DNA from: Takakia lepidozioides
Lineage: Eukaryota > Plantae > Bryophyta
Reading direction: 5' to 3'
Length of the DNA stretch: 64,000 bases
NCBI GenBank assembly: GCA_030704615.1
Contig: CM060733.1
Coordinates: forward strand, 39,370,001-39,434,000
The position numbers and the translations under genes are program-made. This document shows, piece after piece, positions 63,632 through 64,000 of this stretch. Positions within the stretch are counted from its first letter, which is position 1. Each line of letters begins with the position of its first letter. The notes beneath the pieces are model-generated. The model saw only the letters and a list, made by a program, of their open reading frames with translations, was not told the DNA's origin and did no database searches.

Positions 63632-64000
63632 TTTGAGAAAGCCTTTGACTCAGTAGACTGAGCCTTTTTGCTGGAAGCGTTGCAGAGAACTGGATTGGGA
63701 GGTCCATTTTTGTCTTGGGTTCGCATTTTGCTGACATCTGCATCCAGTAAGGTCATGGTGAATGGTGTCATTTCCAGCTCCTTCCCCATCTCGAGATCTG
63801 TCAGACAGGGTTGTCCCCTCGCCCCGTTTCTCTTCCTTATTGCAGCGGACTCTCTTGGACATCTGCTGGACAACAGACATGACATCATTGGGCTTCATCT
63901 GCCTACACATGAGCAAGAAATGCTCAAGGACTCTATGTACGCTGATGACACAGTGCTGTTGCTAGACAACACCTCCCGAAGCAACATCGATAGGGCTCTG
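63632..64000 (+). mobile_element. Continuation of the L1 RT after the CRE insertion
   Basis: FEKAFDSVD, SVRQGCPLAPFLF and MYADD. Confidence 0.9.

Overview
Eukaryotic, intron-rich land-plant DNA (probably a non-seed plant; inference). There are two apparently intact host genes on the minus strand: a Rhizobiales-like metallophosphoesterase (RLPH-type, 4738-7089, 5 exons) and a fructosamine/ribulosamine 3-kinase family gene (51737-57994, 11 exons). Between and beyond them lies a stack of nested transposons. A decayed CRE-type retrotransposon is split by an ~38.5-kb Helentron/Helitron2-like element (RPA-like gene plus OTU-Rep-PIF1-APE gene). This element contains a 12.7-kb long-TIR MULE (SWIM transposase plus a Ulp1-like gene) and a 16.5-kb Sola-like DDE element inserted just after the Rep HUH motif. 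A TTAA-flanked piggyBac-like MITE, a truncated LINE, and a full-length CRE element inserted with a 9-bp TSD into an L1 RT follow. The best candidate for an undescribed system is the 16.5-kb element (26535-43059). It carries at least 11 copies of a 24-bp palindrome (AACCTCCACTG-NN-CAGTGGAGGTT). Its long cargo gene encodes RNA polymerase II CTD-like Tyr-Ser-Pro repeats, a ParB/Srx-like domain, a degenerate amino-methyltransferase-like segment and three FCP1/SCP-like CTD-phosphatase-homology domains. All domain calls are from motif recognition by eye; no searches were run. Nearly all TE genes carry stops or frameshifts.
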